DNA of 64,000 nucleotides from Marsupella aquatica (lineage: Eukaryota; Plantae; Marchantiophyta). The notes beneath the pieces are model-generated. The model searched no databases. It saw only the letters and a program-made list of their open reading frames with translations, and was not told the DNA's origin. The stretch covers positions 18,650,754 to 18,714,753 of the forward strand of contig OZ316896.1 in NCBI GenBank assembly GCA_973895155.1. Direction: 5' to 3'. Shown here one piece after another: positions 25,025-37,900 of this stretch (position 1 is the first letter of the stretch; each line of letters begins with the position of its first letter). The translations under genes were made by a program, and so were the position numbers.

Positions 25025-28000
25025 GTCCTCAAAGAAATAGGAACATTGTACTCTGAAAAGACTCTAAACAATGTTACTGGAGTATAAATTTGTGTTTGGT
25101 TAGTGTGTATCATGGTTCTATACAGGCAACTTGTCAAACTTTAGTGTCTATCTGTGCTTTTCTTCTGAACCTTTCGTTTGTTGGACCAACTCCAAGGAAT
25201 TTGGTTGGCAGTTACTTGACATTTTGAGGGTTTCAACCCACACCTGCCGCTATAAAGGACACTGTTTGTTTGCATAGGTAAACACTAGATTTACCTTGTT
25301 GGATCTGCCACCACTTCCCATCAGAAGACCCTCATACCCTAAAAAAACATTTGATTTTGAAGTCTCAAAGATATAAACCATGTTGAGATGCGACTTTTCG
25401 TGGAAACCTCAATTTCTATGTCCTGAGCCATATGTTACCCTCCATGGTGAGCTAATGAGATGACATTAATATTCAAACTCACAAAAATACAATGTGCTCT
25501 TTCATATATGTGATTGCTGTACTGGAGTTTTAAGTTGTGGTTTAAACCACCAGGTAAACTTTTCGTGGAAGAGAGGTCAACATGAATTGCTAACTAAAGC
25601 AATGATGACCATCAAGTTCCTGCTGGGAATGATTGTGTAGCGTGAATGCAAATGTCAAAGCACCACAATCATTTGCGATGATAGAGGTGTCGTGTAATAC
25701 AATTGTTCTCCATGAAAATACAAATCTCAAATTAATTGCTTCCCTCCTTTTTTTCTATTTCAGATAGTATCCCAATTTCAGGTAAGCGTATCTTTCGTTG
25801 ACGTCATTGGATCTCGAACTAGTAGATTCATAGATACAAGTGGAATGTTGCTGCGGGCATGACATTGTCATATATTAATATGGCTTAGAATACAATGTTT
25901 GTACTCGCCAATCATCTCTGTCACTTGGAACAGAGTATCTAGAGCATCAGCTGGGGTGGTATAAGTATGTAGCGGGTACTGTTCGGAGCACTTTTGGAGA
26001 ATTGTAAAATTTCCAATTGAAAGATTTTTTAAGGACAAGATTCTACTGTAGAGTGGGCACAAACAGCACTAATTTTGGGGAAGACGGTTAGTGATCCTCT
26101 CAGCACATTTCTTCTTGAACGGAGAAAATTGAGTGAAGTCATAGACCATAGTTTCGTTGGTAGCACAAATTTTGATATTTAAACTTTACTTGCGAATTGG
26201 GACCAGCATGGGAAGTCTGGGTAGGGCGAGCCTTTCCTGTGCACAATCACAGGTGTTTGGACTAGTAAATAATTATAAAAATGTTTGTTTGTAGTGATGC
26301 CCTCATAGCAGGGCATTGCGTGCCATAATACGGAAGTACTAATGCTTTTAGCTCAGGTTTTGAGGGGCTGTTCTTGTGCATTATTACCTTGTAACAGGGC
26401 CTTAATGCATTTAAAGGTTTAAGAGATTGTCATTTTTAATATTTTAGTAGAAATAGAAGAGAAGTTTCGTAATCCATGTCCAAATCAGGACTATGCATTT
26501 TCTCTATAAGTACCCCAAAGGGCATAATAGGTGGTCTCAAACCTTCAGGTGGAAAAAAATTGTCTAAACAGTAGTAGTTTTGGTCTGTGTTCAAGGTCGA
26601 GCATTTTCGCGTCCATCTCTTTGTTTCCAGGAAAATGCCCTTGACCCCAACCGAGGCAAAACTAAGACCGAGGCAAACCGAAGAGATTTGAGACACCTAC
26701 AGTAATAGAACTAGAATTAAGACATGCCTAGACTGCCACGGTCTTCGTGTAAAGTGCCCCTAGGAACTAAATACTAATGGACAACGGTGAAATCAGAAAG
26801 TGAAAGCTGGCTGCTCTGAAGAGGCAGCTCGACCTACAAGATTGTTCACCGAATCATAAATACGGTAGGCACATACTGTAGGTTTGGTACATTTGGACAC
26901 CCAATTTCTGCCTGCGAGCTCAACGCACTTCATCAAACAAAGTGGCCTTTGGCTTTCGGCTTTGGGGTAGTAATTAAATACTGTCTTCAACACCTATGAT
27001 GTTCTGTACAGCATACCTTTGAAAACTGAGTTTGACCTGAAAATGGAGTGCACGCAAAGAGCGCTCTTCTACAGTAATTAAAGATTCGTTACAAGAACGT
27101 GAATCCTAAAGTCGTCGATTGAAACCGAGAGAAAGGAAAGGGAAAATGGGACCACAGGAACCGAATTACCGAAACCGACGTTCCGAAATCTGGATGTACG
27201 AGTGTTCTGCTTTCTTTCGCCGTGGAGTTCTCTCGAAGCCGTCCTTGCCAGGCTCCATATTTAGCGGCGGCGCCACATTTGGCCGGGAAGGCTGGCAGGG
27301 TACCCACTTGTAACTCGAAAAAGGACCGAAAGGATTGGCTGGCGGTCGGCGGTCAAGGACAAGTAGCTCCTCTAAACGGAGGGAGCCCGGAGGCAGAGAA
27401 ACGCCTGTGTTGCAATTCTAGAAGGGACGGACCCCACCGTGAACAAGACTTGGCTTACGAGACGTGGGCAAGCTCCGTCGATTAGGGGCTGTGGGGCTCA
27501 TCTGACCGTGATGACGGCGAAGTTGGGTGCTGGTTGGAATATATTTCCACCCGTTTGGAGATATTCGCTCGCTATCCGGAAAGTTTACACGCATGATTAT
27601 GAGTTTGGATTTATGTCGGTCCGATCTTTAAAAGTCTATCTGCAAGGGTATTCTCGGAAATACAAGCACAATTATCAGTAGAAATCTTGCTTGTCCCGTC
27701 TTTAATAATCTATCTCCAATGATATGCCGAATTATCCAGTTTGGGTGATGGTGTGAAACTCAAACTGTGAACTGATCCAAGCTCACATCAGGAGTGCTGT
27801 GTAGAAGTCAGGCGGTTGCTTTGGTAGCAAATGTGGAGGTGGAGTGATAAACTTGCAATGCTGAACCCCTATTCATTTAGCAATGCAGAGGGTACCACTG
27901 TAGTACCTACCCACCAAAAACTGACCACTATCAGGAGCTTAGGAAATGAAACCACATGGCATAGTGTTATTTGAGCGACTGCCACATAACATAGTTCTCT

Positions 28001-31000
28001 TATAAAAAATTTCTTTGGGAAAGGTAAAACGAAACCACATGCCATAGTGCTATTTGAGCCGCTATCACATACCACGGTACTCTTAAAAAAGATTTCTTTG
28101 GGAAAAAGTAAAAGGGAAACCGCATGTGCCCACAGTTCTATTTTGACACCAGGCAAGGATTTTTGCATGAAACGGAATTAGGGGAGGTTGGGCATGTGCG
28201 TATCCAATCTATTTTCAAATTCCCACTATTCCAATGTACTGTAGTACACTTGAGGCGATTGCATGCTCCGTATGTATGGTACAAAAAAAAACTTGAAGCT
28301 CGATTAAATCCCAAGCGCTTGTTTAGAATACCCTTGTGCGCGCTGGTTCATTGGTTTGTACCTTCGGTTTCTGCTCCTTCCTCCTTGCGTGTAGAGTACA
28401 TGATGTGGTTAAAAATAACAAAACTTTGGGAATTATGTTTCAAAATGATCTACATAGAAAGGGATGCAAACATGGACTAATCTTTGAATCTATGCAATTC
28501 TCATGGACCGTGACATCATTCACACCTTCACTCATTGGCACTTTTGTTTGACCTTCAGCATCTCCCATGCTATCCAATGAAATTGGCTTTTCTTTGGCTC
28601 CTAAGCAGAGTATTGGAAGCATCTTTTCAACCTGTCTAATATCTGTAGTTTTCATGAAGAATTGAAAGTGTTGCAAATTTCTAAAGATTACTCCATCACT
28701 CACTGCCCACACTTTGTGCTTTGATAGTTTTTGAGCAGCTAACCTTGACATTAAGTATCTATCTACAATAGATATCCAATGAAATTGTTATTTTCAGTTA
28801 GTTAGAAACAGCTTGGGAAGATCTTTCCTATGAGCATCATGTTATCAAATTTCATCATGGATTGAGACCAACAAATTTCATCAAGGATTGAGAGACCAAC
28901 AAATTTCTCAACGATGACTGTCTGATTTTCTTGCAACATTTCACTCATTGGCCTAATATGTTTAATATGAGGCTTAATATGCTGCAATCCATCCAGGTTG
29001 CAAAAAGCATCCATATACGGTAGGCCTCAATCTCGATCTATCCAACTCGACCAAGAAAGTGTACCTATATTTGAGCCCCCTATTTATGTACGTCTTAAGT
29101 TGATAGTCAATGTAAACATCTTGTCAAGGTTAAAATCTATGGGAGAATCACTGCATTGCCAGTTTGCCACAGCCCGAGGAGAGAATGATGGTGTGATTGT
29201 TTTCAGGCCTTCTGAGTTCTGACTCCCTCCTGACCTCGTCCGTGCAAGATTCGACCGCCGGCCACCACCCTCTTTGACTGGACCATCAGTGGATCGACTC
29301 ATCGGCCTGTTCCCAGTCTCAGGACAGCGAACAGAATTATTTTACTAGTAAAAACTTTGTACTGCGAGTCTGCGACCAAGTTCTGGCATGCATCTTCCAA
29401 CCGACACCATCGATTCACCTCGATCGGAGAGCCCGAATTGAATTGTCAGGCATTGGAATTGATAGCGTTTTTACCCGTTCGCACGGCGGGGCCAAGGTAG
29501 CCCGATAACGACAGCACAGCCGCATCCTGACGGACGGTCGTCCGGACGCGCAGGCACGGCCTGCTGCTCCACCTGACGGTTCTATAGACGGTACTAAGGT
29601 GATTCGATGCAGGCCGACGGTGAAGACGGCAACGACGGTCGATGCGGGCCGGACCATGACTGTGGTGTTTGAGCGTGTCAACCGGCAACGCGAGTGTCGC
29701 AGTAATTGCTTATTAGCAGTGACGTAGTTCGTGTCGAGTGTCGGGGACTAGTGCTGTCTCCGAGCGGTCTGTTACCGGGCAGTCGGGATTGCCGGCAACG
29801 CTTTTGCTCCAGAGTCTGGGTTAGTGTGGGTTACGTCGTCGCGCTAAAGATCACCGGCTAGTGGCGAATCCGGGTTAGCGATGGTCCACTTTACTCTATT
29901 CTAGTGGACTACGGTAGTGGCATTCGATTAGCAATAAATGAGGACTGGAGTTGGGGAATCGGAATTTACCGTCAATTGCGGTGGCGAGGAATAAGACGAA
30001 GAGCAGGGAGTAGTATGTACAAGTCGACTACGAGACTCAAAGAAAGGACGAGAGCACGTCCTGGCGTGCACTGAGGAGAACGAAAGAACCGAAAGAAAGA
30101 CCGAAGAACAGAGATCCGCGAGGGAGACAGGGCGAGAGGAAAGAAGTGAAAGAAGAGTAGGACGAGGAGGAGGAGGAGGAGGAAAGGGCGGGGCGGAGCG
30201 GAGCGAGGAAGGGGAATCGAGGAGAAGCGGGGGGATTGCTGGATCAAGATTGAGGCCGATTCGGCTCTGACTCTCACCGACCGGGAACAGGTGCAGCAGG
30301 TGAAGGAGAGTTGAGGAGGAAGAGAAGTGAACGAAGGAGATGCATTATCGGAGTGAGATACCACGGTGGCGTGGGCGCTCTTCGGTCGAGAGGGGTAAGA
30401 AGTGGAGTGAGGAGATGGCGGTGGTGCTGGTTTGATGGAAGGATGAGCTGAGATGAGATGAGAAGAGAAGAGAGGAGAGGAGAATTGGTATGGGGCGGGG
30501 ACGCCGCACTGTGGACCACAATTGAGAGGTAGCTTCGTCCGAAAAATGACATTGCAATTTCTGATGGTCAATTCTTCTTTACGGGGCGTAGTCAAGGCAT
30601 AGGACGCTTTTTTCGGGAGCCTGGAGCTTGCTGCCGTCGGTTTGAGCTACAACTCAAAGGAGTTTGACGGCTTGGCCGGATTCTTTGGCCGTCCGTGTTG
30701 ATGAGTCCGCAGCGAGATCAATCATGTTGCTCACGGGATTCTTGAATGAGGTTCTTGGGAGGTCACACATTTTCTCACGCGGCGCTTGAAGCTTTTGAGG
30801 AGATGTGGACGTGCAGCGGAGGGGTTGTAGAAGAAGGGGGGACGGCTGCAGATCTCGATTATTTGATGAGACACAGGTGAGTGCGGGGTCGAATTGGTCG
30901 CGCCAGGAGAATAGGCTTTCTTCTCAGATGGCTTCACGGCACATTACAGTGATTATAATAGCACAGAGGAGATTCGGTGGAAGACGCACCTCGTCAGCTA

Positions 31001-31954
31001 AGATCACACAAGTGTCGGGGTCGTGAAAATCATTACAAAAGCGGGTCTGCAGGGGTGAGGCTTCCGTGGATAGGGACGGATGACCATTGACTAGCCCAGG
31101 GGTCATATTATAGGGAGAGCAACGAAAATTATTTGATGTTCGTTTTCGACTTCTAGAGGTCACAGGTGCTAGATTCAGGCCAGATTAAGAAACTTGCCCG
31201 CGGACTGCCATGTACTGCTATGCGAGGCAGTATGAAGTCTTTCTGAAGCTGCTTCATCCTCGGTGGAAGGGGTGCAACGAGAGGGAAGAATGGATGGCTC
31301 AATTTTCTGTCCAGAAGAACGCTCTAAATACAGTCTTCTATGCCACTCCTAGAAAGTAAATCAAGATATCTAATTTTCGTCGGATATCTAGACAACTTCG
31401 CAATCTGATCTGATTGTGACTACTGATTGATCTGCAATTTTTGCATCAGGTTCTTTAACATTCTCACAAGAACGGTTTTGCGGCTTGTGTTACTGGCAAT
31501 TTGGATAGTGACAGCTCAGGGGCGTGGCGTTATGTGGACAGGCATGTGAGGTTTTTACGGGGACTGAAATGCGAGGGTTTCCTTATCTTCATATCTTTCC
31601 ATCGTTGCAGATGTGGCGCCGTGGTGGAGCTGTCCGGCATTGGGCAGGGTACTGACGATGTAACAATGCTGTCAATTGGAAGCGGGAGAACGCAGCCTTG
31701 GGAATGCGAGGCGGGCGGCAGTAGGACCAAACCTGGCGCTGTAGTTGGACAGATGGATATCGTCTTGATCTAGGAGAGAGTCCAGAGGTAGATTTTACCA
31801 TAGGGAGCCTTGTGAAGAAGACATTCTGTAATAATTCCCAGGTGGCTCCAGATTTCGAACTAGGAAGGACACTCGTATACGTTCTTTGGGGACGGAGGGA
31901 GGAGCTGCTCGAGTTTGGTGCTGGTCAAGACATGTGAATTAGTCTGGGTTAAAG

Positions 31955-34900
31955 ATGTTCAAGTCATTGAAGAAAAGGGGTGAGAAGGTGAAGGAGAAGG
32001 TAGACTTCAAGTTCACATTTCAGGCTACCAAGGTTCGTGAGTCTCGATTCCCAAATCGTTGTTCTCCCAGAACTGGCATGTGATTTGTGTCCTATCCATG
32101 TGCGAAACTTTCAGATCGTTTCATCAGAGCAGCTTAATTCCTTGTCAACAGTCATCCGAATTCAATGATCTACATTGCTACCCAATAATCTTCTTACTAT
32201 CGTCTGGTCTTCTGCCAGCACCAGTGATATGTCGCAATGTTGGTGTTATGGCTCCTCCCTCTTAACCATGACGGCTAGCGAACAATTGCAATCACACGTG
32301 CAGAAACCTGTTTTTACTTGTTCTCGTGACCCCCATAGGTATACTCTAGGAGCCGTCTACTGAATATGTGTTCTTTTCATCGGGTGCAGGTCCCTCTCTC
32401 AGGATGGGATAAGCTCGTGGTCTCTGTGGTCCCTCTTGAGACGGGAAGGGTGAGCTTCAAAACAACTCGAGTCCCTGTGAAAAGTGGAACTTGCACTTGG
32501 CCTGATGCCGTCATCGAGTCCACTAAGTTGTCACAGGACTTGAAGACGAAAGAATATGACGAAAAACTTTACAAGATCGTCCTCTCATCGGTAAGATGTC
32601 TTTTCTGTTCTCGCTTAAACACGTGACAAGTTGCACACTCTTCGAGACACTAAGAACGGCCCCATCGCGGTTTGAAAATATTGTTGATCCAGACACATTT
32701 TGATTACCGGATGATATGACAATCCTCTCACTGAGTTCACTACCGTGTCCGGACAAAGAACTCACGTACCATTTATTTCTGTGAAGTGTTCCACAAACCG
32801 TTGTAGTCTTGTATGCAATGTTTGATGCCTTAAAGAGGTTTATTAGACTTCTGCTTGATGCGCCTTTTGTTCGTCGATGGTTTCTCATTTCGACGACTAT
32901 AACTCGTTTTCTCGCAAAGCTTTGTGAGATTTCCTTGCACTTGTAAGTCCCTTTAAAGCAGATTCATAGCATAGCTTTGACAACAGCGGAAACGTCATCT
33001 GACATCAAAATGTAATATAGTTCATTGACAACAGCGGAAACGCGATCTGACATCAAGATGTAGTAGTGTATGGACAACTACAGATATGTAACAAGTAACG
33101 CAACTTAGAGTTGGGTTTGACGTATCTTGTAGGGGTTAGTTCTGTTCTCAGGGCCTGGATAGATTGCGTAAGTACAACATAAGGCTCAGAATGTGGATAT
33201 TGGTTGGCCTGGATAGACTTTAATCACTGCACCTCTCTTGGATGGGCGTTTTTGTCAAGCTGATCAAGAGGGTCAAAGTGTAACTTTAGCTAACAGAAGA
33301 CCCGTTGGTACTGGTTTTGCCGGACAGAAGTGGGACTGATGCCCCGAGTTGTGTTCTAGCAGGGTTCGTCTCGTTCAGGAGTCTTGGGAGAAGTCACTAT
33401 CGATCTTGCTGATTTTACAGTTTCCAATAATCCATCTCAGAATTCTCTGCCGCTGAGGAATTGCAATGCAGGGACAATTCTTCATGTAAGTTTTCCACAG
33501 TCTGATCTGGCTGGCCCCTTCTTAACTGGGTTGATTTGAGTTGAGCCTCAAGTGTCTGTCGACATAACAATGAAATCGAATCATTACAATCCGTTCTTGT
33601 GAGTGTACATTTTGGAGAACTGGACTACTTTGTAATCTATGTTTTGACTGCAATCATGATCGAGAGCTCTTTTGTGCAAATTGAAGTTCAAGAGCGCAGA
33701 CTTACCTTGATCGTGGTGATCTTTTGTTCCTTGTGCAGATGAGCATCACCTGCCTCACACCTAGATCGACTTCAGGGTATTTTTCTGTGCCAGTAACCGA
33801 TATCTGCCAACGTAGTCCCTATTAGAATGAAAAATGCGATTAGTGGCTGGTATTCGTCGTCGTTCTACTGTCCGTCGGCAGTCGCACTGATTTTACTCTG
33901 TTCTCTGGTCCTTATATCGAATCAATGGTTTAACTGTCTCAGAATATCTTTGTAGAGAAGCTACTAACATTCTTATATTTTGACAGCCGAGACTCGGGGA
34001 AAACCCGCAAAACAGACCGTAATGAGATTGCTCTAGATGATGATGAAATTCTGAGCGCTTCAGATGAGGACGACTTGGATGATTCAGATCAATCTGGGAA
34101 CCTCACTACTGGCAGTGTAGCATCGAACAATAGTACCCCTGCGCTAAATTTTACAACTCCAACAAAAGTAAGCCACTGGTTGCCAGTTCAGTTCTCGGGC
34201 CGTGTATGGCTTTGCACTTACGTTCTAAACCTGTTATGCAAGATTTTCTAAGCATTATTGTAAGAAATTGTCTGGTAGAACTTACAAGTCCAACTACTGT
34301 AATGCGTGTTCTAGACTTGTGGGTGGATTTCGACTTTCTCTCTTGTGGTTGATATTGTATCATCGGGTCTGGCAGGTCTCGCAGGGTGTAAATGGCCCCC
34401 AAATTAGATCACAAAATGTAAGTCCTAAATTTCCATGACCCATGTGGCTGCGTCAATCTGTGGCGATCACCGAGTCCCTGCCCGATTTTGCTTTCGTTCT
34501 GTTTTGTATTGGTGTAGATTTAAAGTCACCTGCTTAGGAATATTCAATTTGGTCGCAAGTCATTATGTTTTCAGCGATTGGTATGTAGCATGGCTCTAAA
34601 CTTATGAGTGGGTTTTGCACAGGATGGATTTGGATTGCAAAGAAGGCCCAGTAGCGAGGGACTAAATCCCTCAACACCCAGAGGGGGCGGGGGCCAGAAC
34701 GGAAGCCAACGTTCTTCAACATCCGACCTCTCTCCATCCAGTTCTATAAACAGTGGGACAGAAAGAAATGATCAAGGGGGTTCAGGGAGACTGGAGAACA
34801 ACAGGGAGCGAGAAAGGGATAGACCTACTCAGAGGTCTTCTAGTAGTCAGGATTCAAATTATACTGCTGGATCTCTACCCCCGGCGTATGCTAGAGCTTC

Positions 34901-37900
34901 AAGTACTCCTACATCCAACGGTCCCTTGACACCAAATAGTAATGGCAGGTCCAATGGCCGTGGAGAGTGGGCAAGTCAAAGGTCTCGTTTAACTCCAGAG
35001 AATGGCTCCAGCAGGGTTGCCAGCCCATCGACAGACTTAGGCGGGAAAGAAGCGTTGCAGGCAGATCTCACCGCTGCGGAGACAACAATCGAGGAGCTTC
35101 GTCTCGATACTGTTGCAGCACAGAGACAGAATCATAAGCTTAAAATTGAGATTGAAACATTGAAACAGCAACTGGAGTCACACATACGTGACGGAGCTGA
35201 GAATGGGATAGAAATGACCACCCTGGCAGCAGAGCGTGATCGGCTAAAGCTAGAGCTCGATCAGATCAAGTCATCAAAGCTGGCTCTGCAAGAGCGAGAG
35301 AATGGAGAAGGAAATGCTAGGTGGAAGATGGAGGATGCCCAGCGTACCATTCAGGAGCTTCAAGATGAGACGAGGTACCAGAAAGAGCAAAACATAAACC
35401 TCACCATGCAACTCCGCAAGACACAAGATTCCAATATGGAGCTTGTGTTGGCCATTAAAGACTTGGAAGACTCGCTAGAGCAGCAGAAGAAGGAGTCGGA
35501 AGACCTCATCATCTTGAATAATGAGTTGGAGGATAATCTCGGTAGCAAGCAACGAGACTCCTTCACGGAGTTGGAGCAAGAGTGGAAGCTGCGAGTTAGT
35601 AGTTTAGTAGAAGATAAAAGGGTGCTGGAAACCCACATTTTGTCACTGGAAAATGCGCAGTACTCAGCAAAAACGGACGATGAGCATGTTCTGAAGATGG
35701 AGAAAATGATCGAGCAATTGACAAGGGACGTCGAAGATCTAGAGAATGAATCTAAGGAATTGGCGGATGAAAACATGGACCTCTACACGAATGTAGAAGA
35801 TATGAAGAAAGAAATACAATTGAAGTCAACTCTTATCTCTCAGCTGGAAGAAGAGGTAAAGAAGGCGCTACAACCAACTGTTGCTTCGCGTGCTCTTCCT
35901 ACAGAGTCCTCTGAAATGACTGATCTGAGGAATCACGTGAAGGACCTTGAAAGCAGGCTCGCAGCCTCTGAAATTGCATACAACAGTCAGCTTAAGCGAA
36001 GTAAGGGGCATGTAGAACAAATTCAGATTTTAGTGGAAGAATTGCGAACGGCAAACGTGCAGCTGGAAGGACGGTTGGAACATGCGTTAGCGGAGGCTGA
36101 GGGTGCCGCAGGTGAGCATGAGGCCGTCAAGCTGGAATCTGCAAGGTTCCAAAACGAAAGAGATCAGCTGGAGGTCCAGAGAAACGACCTTGAGCGCAGA
36201 CTCGCGGTCGAAATTGAAACTCTGGAGAGGAATTTGGCTGAAGCCAGAGAAGCATTTGCGGCACAAGAACAGGAGCTGAGAACCATAGAAGAGAGTGCCA
36301 ATCGGGCAGAAGAGGAACGTAGCATTGCACTGGACAAAATTGTAGGCTTGGAGGATGACATTTCCAGGCTGAAAGCGGAAACCCGAAGCATTGTTGAAGC
36401 CAAGAGCACAGGTGAGAGCTCTGTCGGTCATCTCCAAATGCAAATGGAAGAGTTGGAGGAGCTGAAGAGAAGTGCCGACGTAGAGTGTTTGAGAATGGGA
36501 GAGAATTTGCGTGACCGTGAAGCAGAAGTCTCCCAGTTACTTCAGCAGGTAGCCTCTCATGTCGCTCAAAGAAAACAGCTCGAGGTAAGTATGGCGGAGC
36601 TAGAAAGAGAGAAATCAGAGTTGCGGAGTACTATACAAGACTCTCTTGAAGAAGACAGGCTCAGCAAGTCACGAGTCGAGGAGCTCGAGTTCCAACTTTC
36701 CTTATTGTCGGAAGAGTTGGACTCTGTGAACTTCGCAAAGCGAGAGTTTGAAGAGCACTCATTAAGATTGGAAATGGAGAAGAGAGAGCTCGAAGCCGAA
36801 AGGAAAGAGTTGGAAATCAAGGTCCGGTCGGTGGAAGGAGAGGACCAAACACGGAAGGACCAGGTCGAGTTGTTGGCAACTGAGCTCGCTACTCTCCGGG
36901 CACAGATGGACACTCAAACAAGCTCCAGAAGGAACTTGGAAAGGCAGAAATCTGAGCTAGAGAGCTCAAAAGATGAGCTATACAACCAGCTCACGGATTT
37001 GGAGGAAGAAAATCTGAAAAACATAGAACGAATTTCTGAGCTTGAAGCACAGGTCAGATTTGTTACAGAAGAGCGAGAGACCCATAAGCTCGAAAGAGGA
37101 ATTCTAGAGACTCGCTCTGTAGATCATGTTACCGAAAGAGGCAAATTGGATACAGCTCTTCAAATAGCAGCGAAGGAACACCAACAAAAAGTATCCAGTC
37201 TGGAATCAAAACTTACACAACTGTTGAAGGAGAGTGAACGCTATAGAAGTTCTCAGGAAGAGCTTCAGGTGCATGCACAGAAACTGGAACAGGATTCTGC
37301 CGGCCATATGGAGTCTGTGAAGGCGATAAAGGAGAGAATTCACAGCTTGGAGAGCATGAATCTTGGATTAGAAGCCAAGTTGCAAGAGATGACCGAGAAT
37401 CATTCTGTGGCATCCAAGACTGTGGCATCGTTGGAGGCAGAGATGGTTGCCCTCAGAGCAGAACACGAAGAGAAGACAGGCAAATTTCTCCTGGACTTGG
37501 AGAATCTGAGGCAATCAAATGGCGAGAGTGAACAGAGAGCCAAACATGGAGAAGAGTCCCTGAGAAGGGCTCGCTGGGAGAAAGCGGCTGCTGTTGAACG
37601 CTTGCAGATGGAAGTGCAACGACTGACAGAGCAGATGACATCAACTAACGACGAAAAAGAGAAGCTGGCATCGGAGGCACTTGTGCAGGCATCGGAGCTC
37701 CGTGCAGAGAAAGGGGAGTGGGAAGAGAGACTGCGGCAAGCGGAAGACAAACTCAAACTGGCAAACGAGGAGAGCACTTCTCTCAAGGCAGAGTACGGCT
37801 CTAGGTTGCAGGACTTAGTGAGTCAAAACGAGGCGTTGAAATCTAGGGAACACGAAACGGTCTTTAAGCTGAGCGAGACTGTCCGGGAATTTGGTGATCT

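Noticed and set aside
28440-29060. Minus-strand ORF fragments that may be a decayed transposase
   Set aside because: No recognisable catalytic motif.
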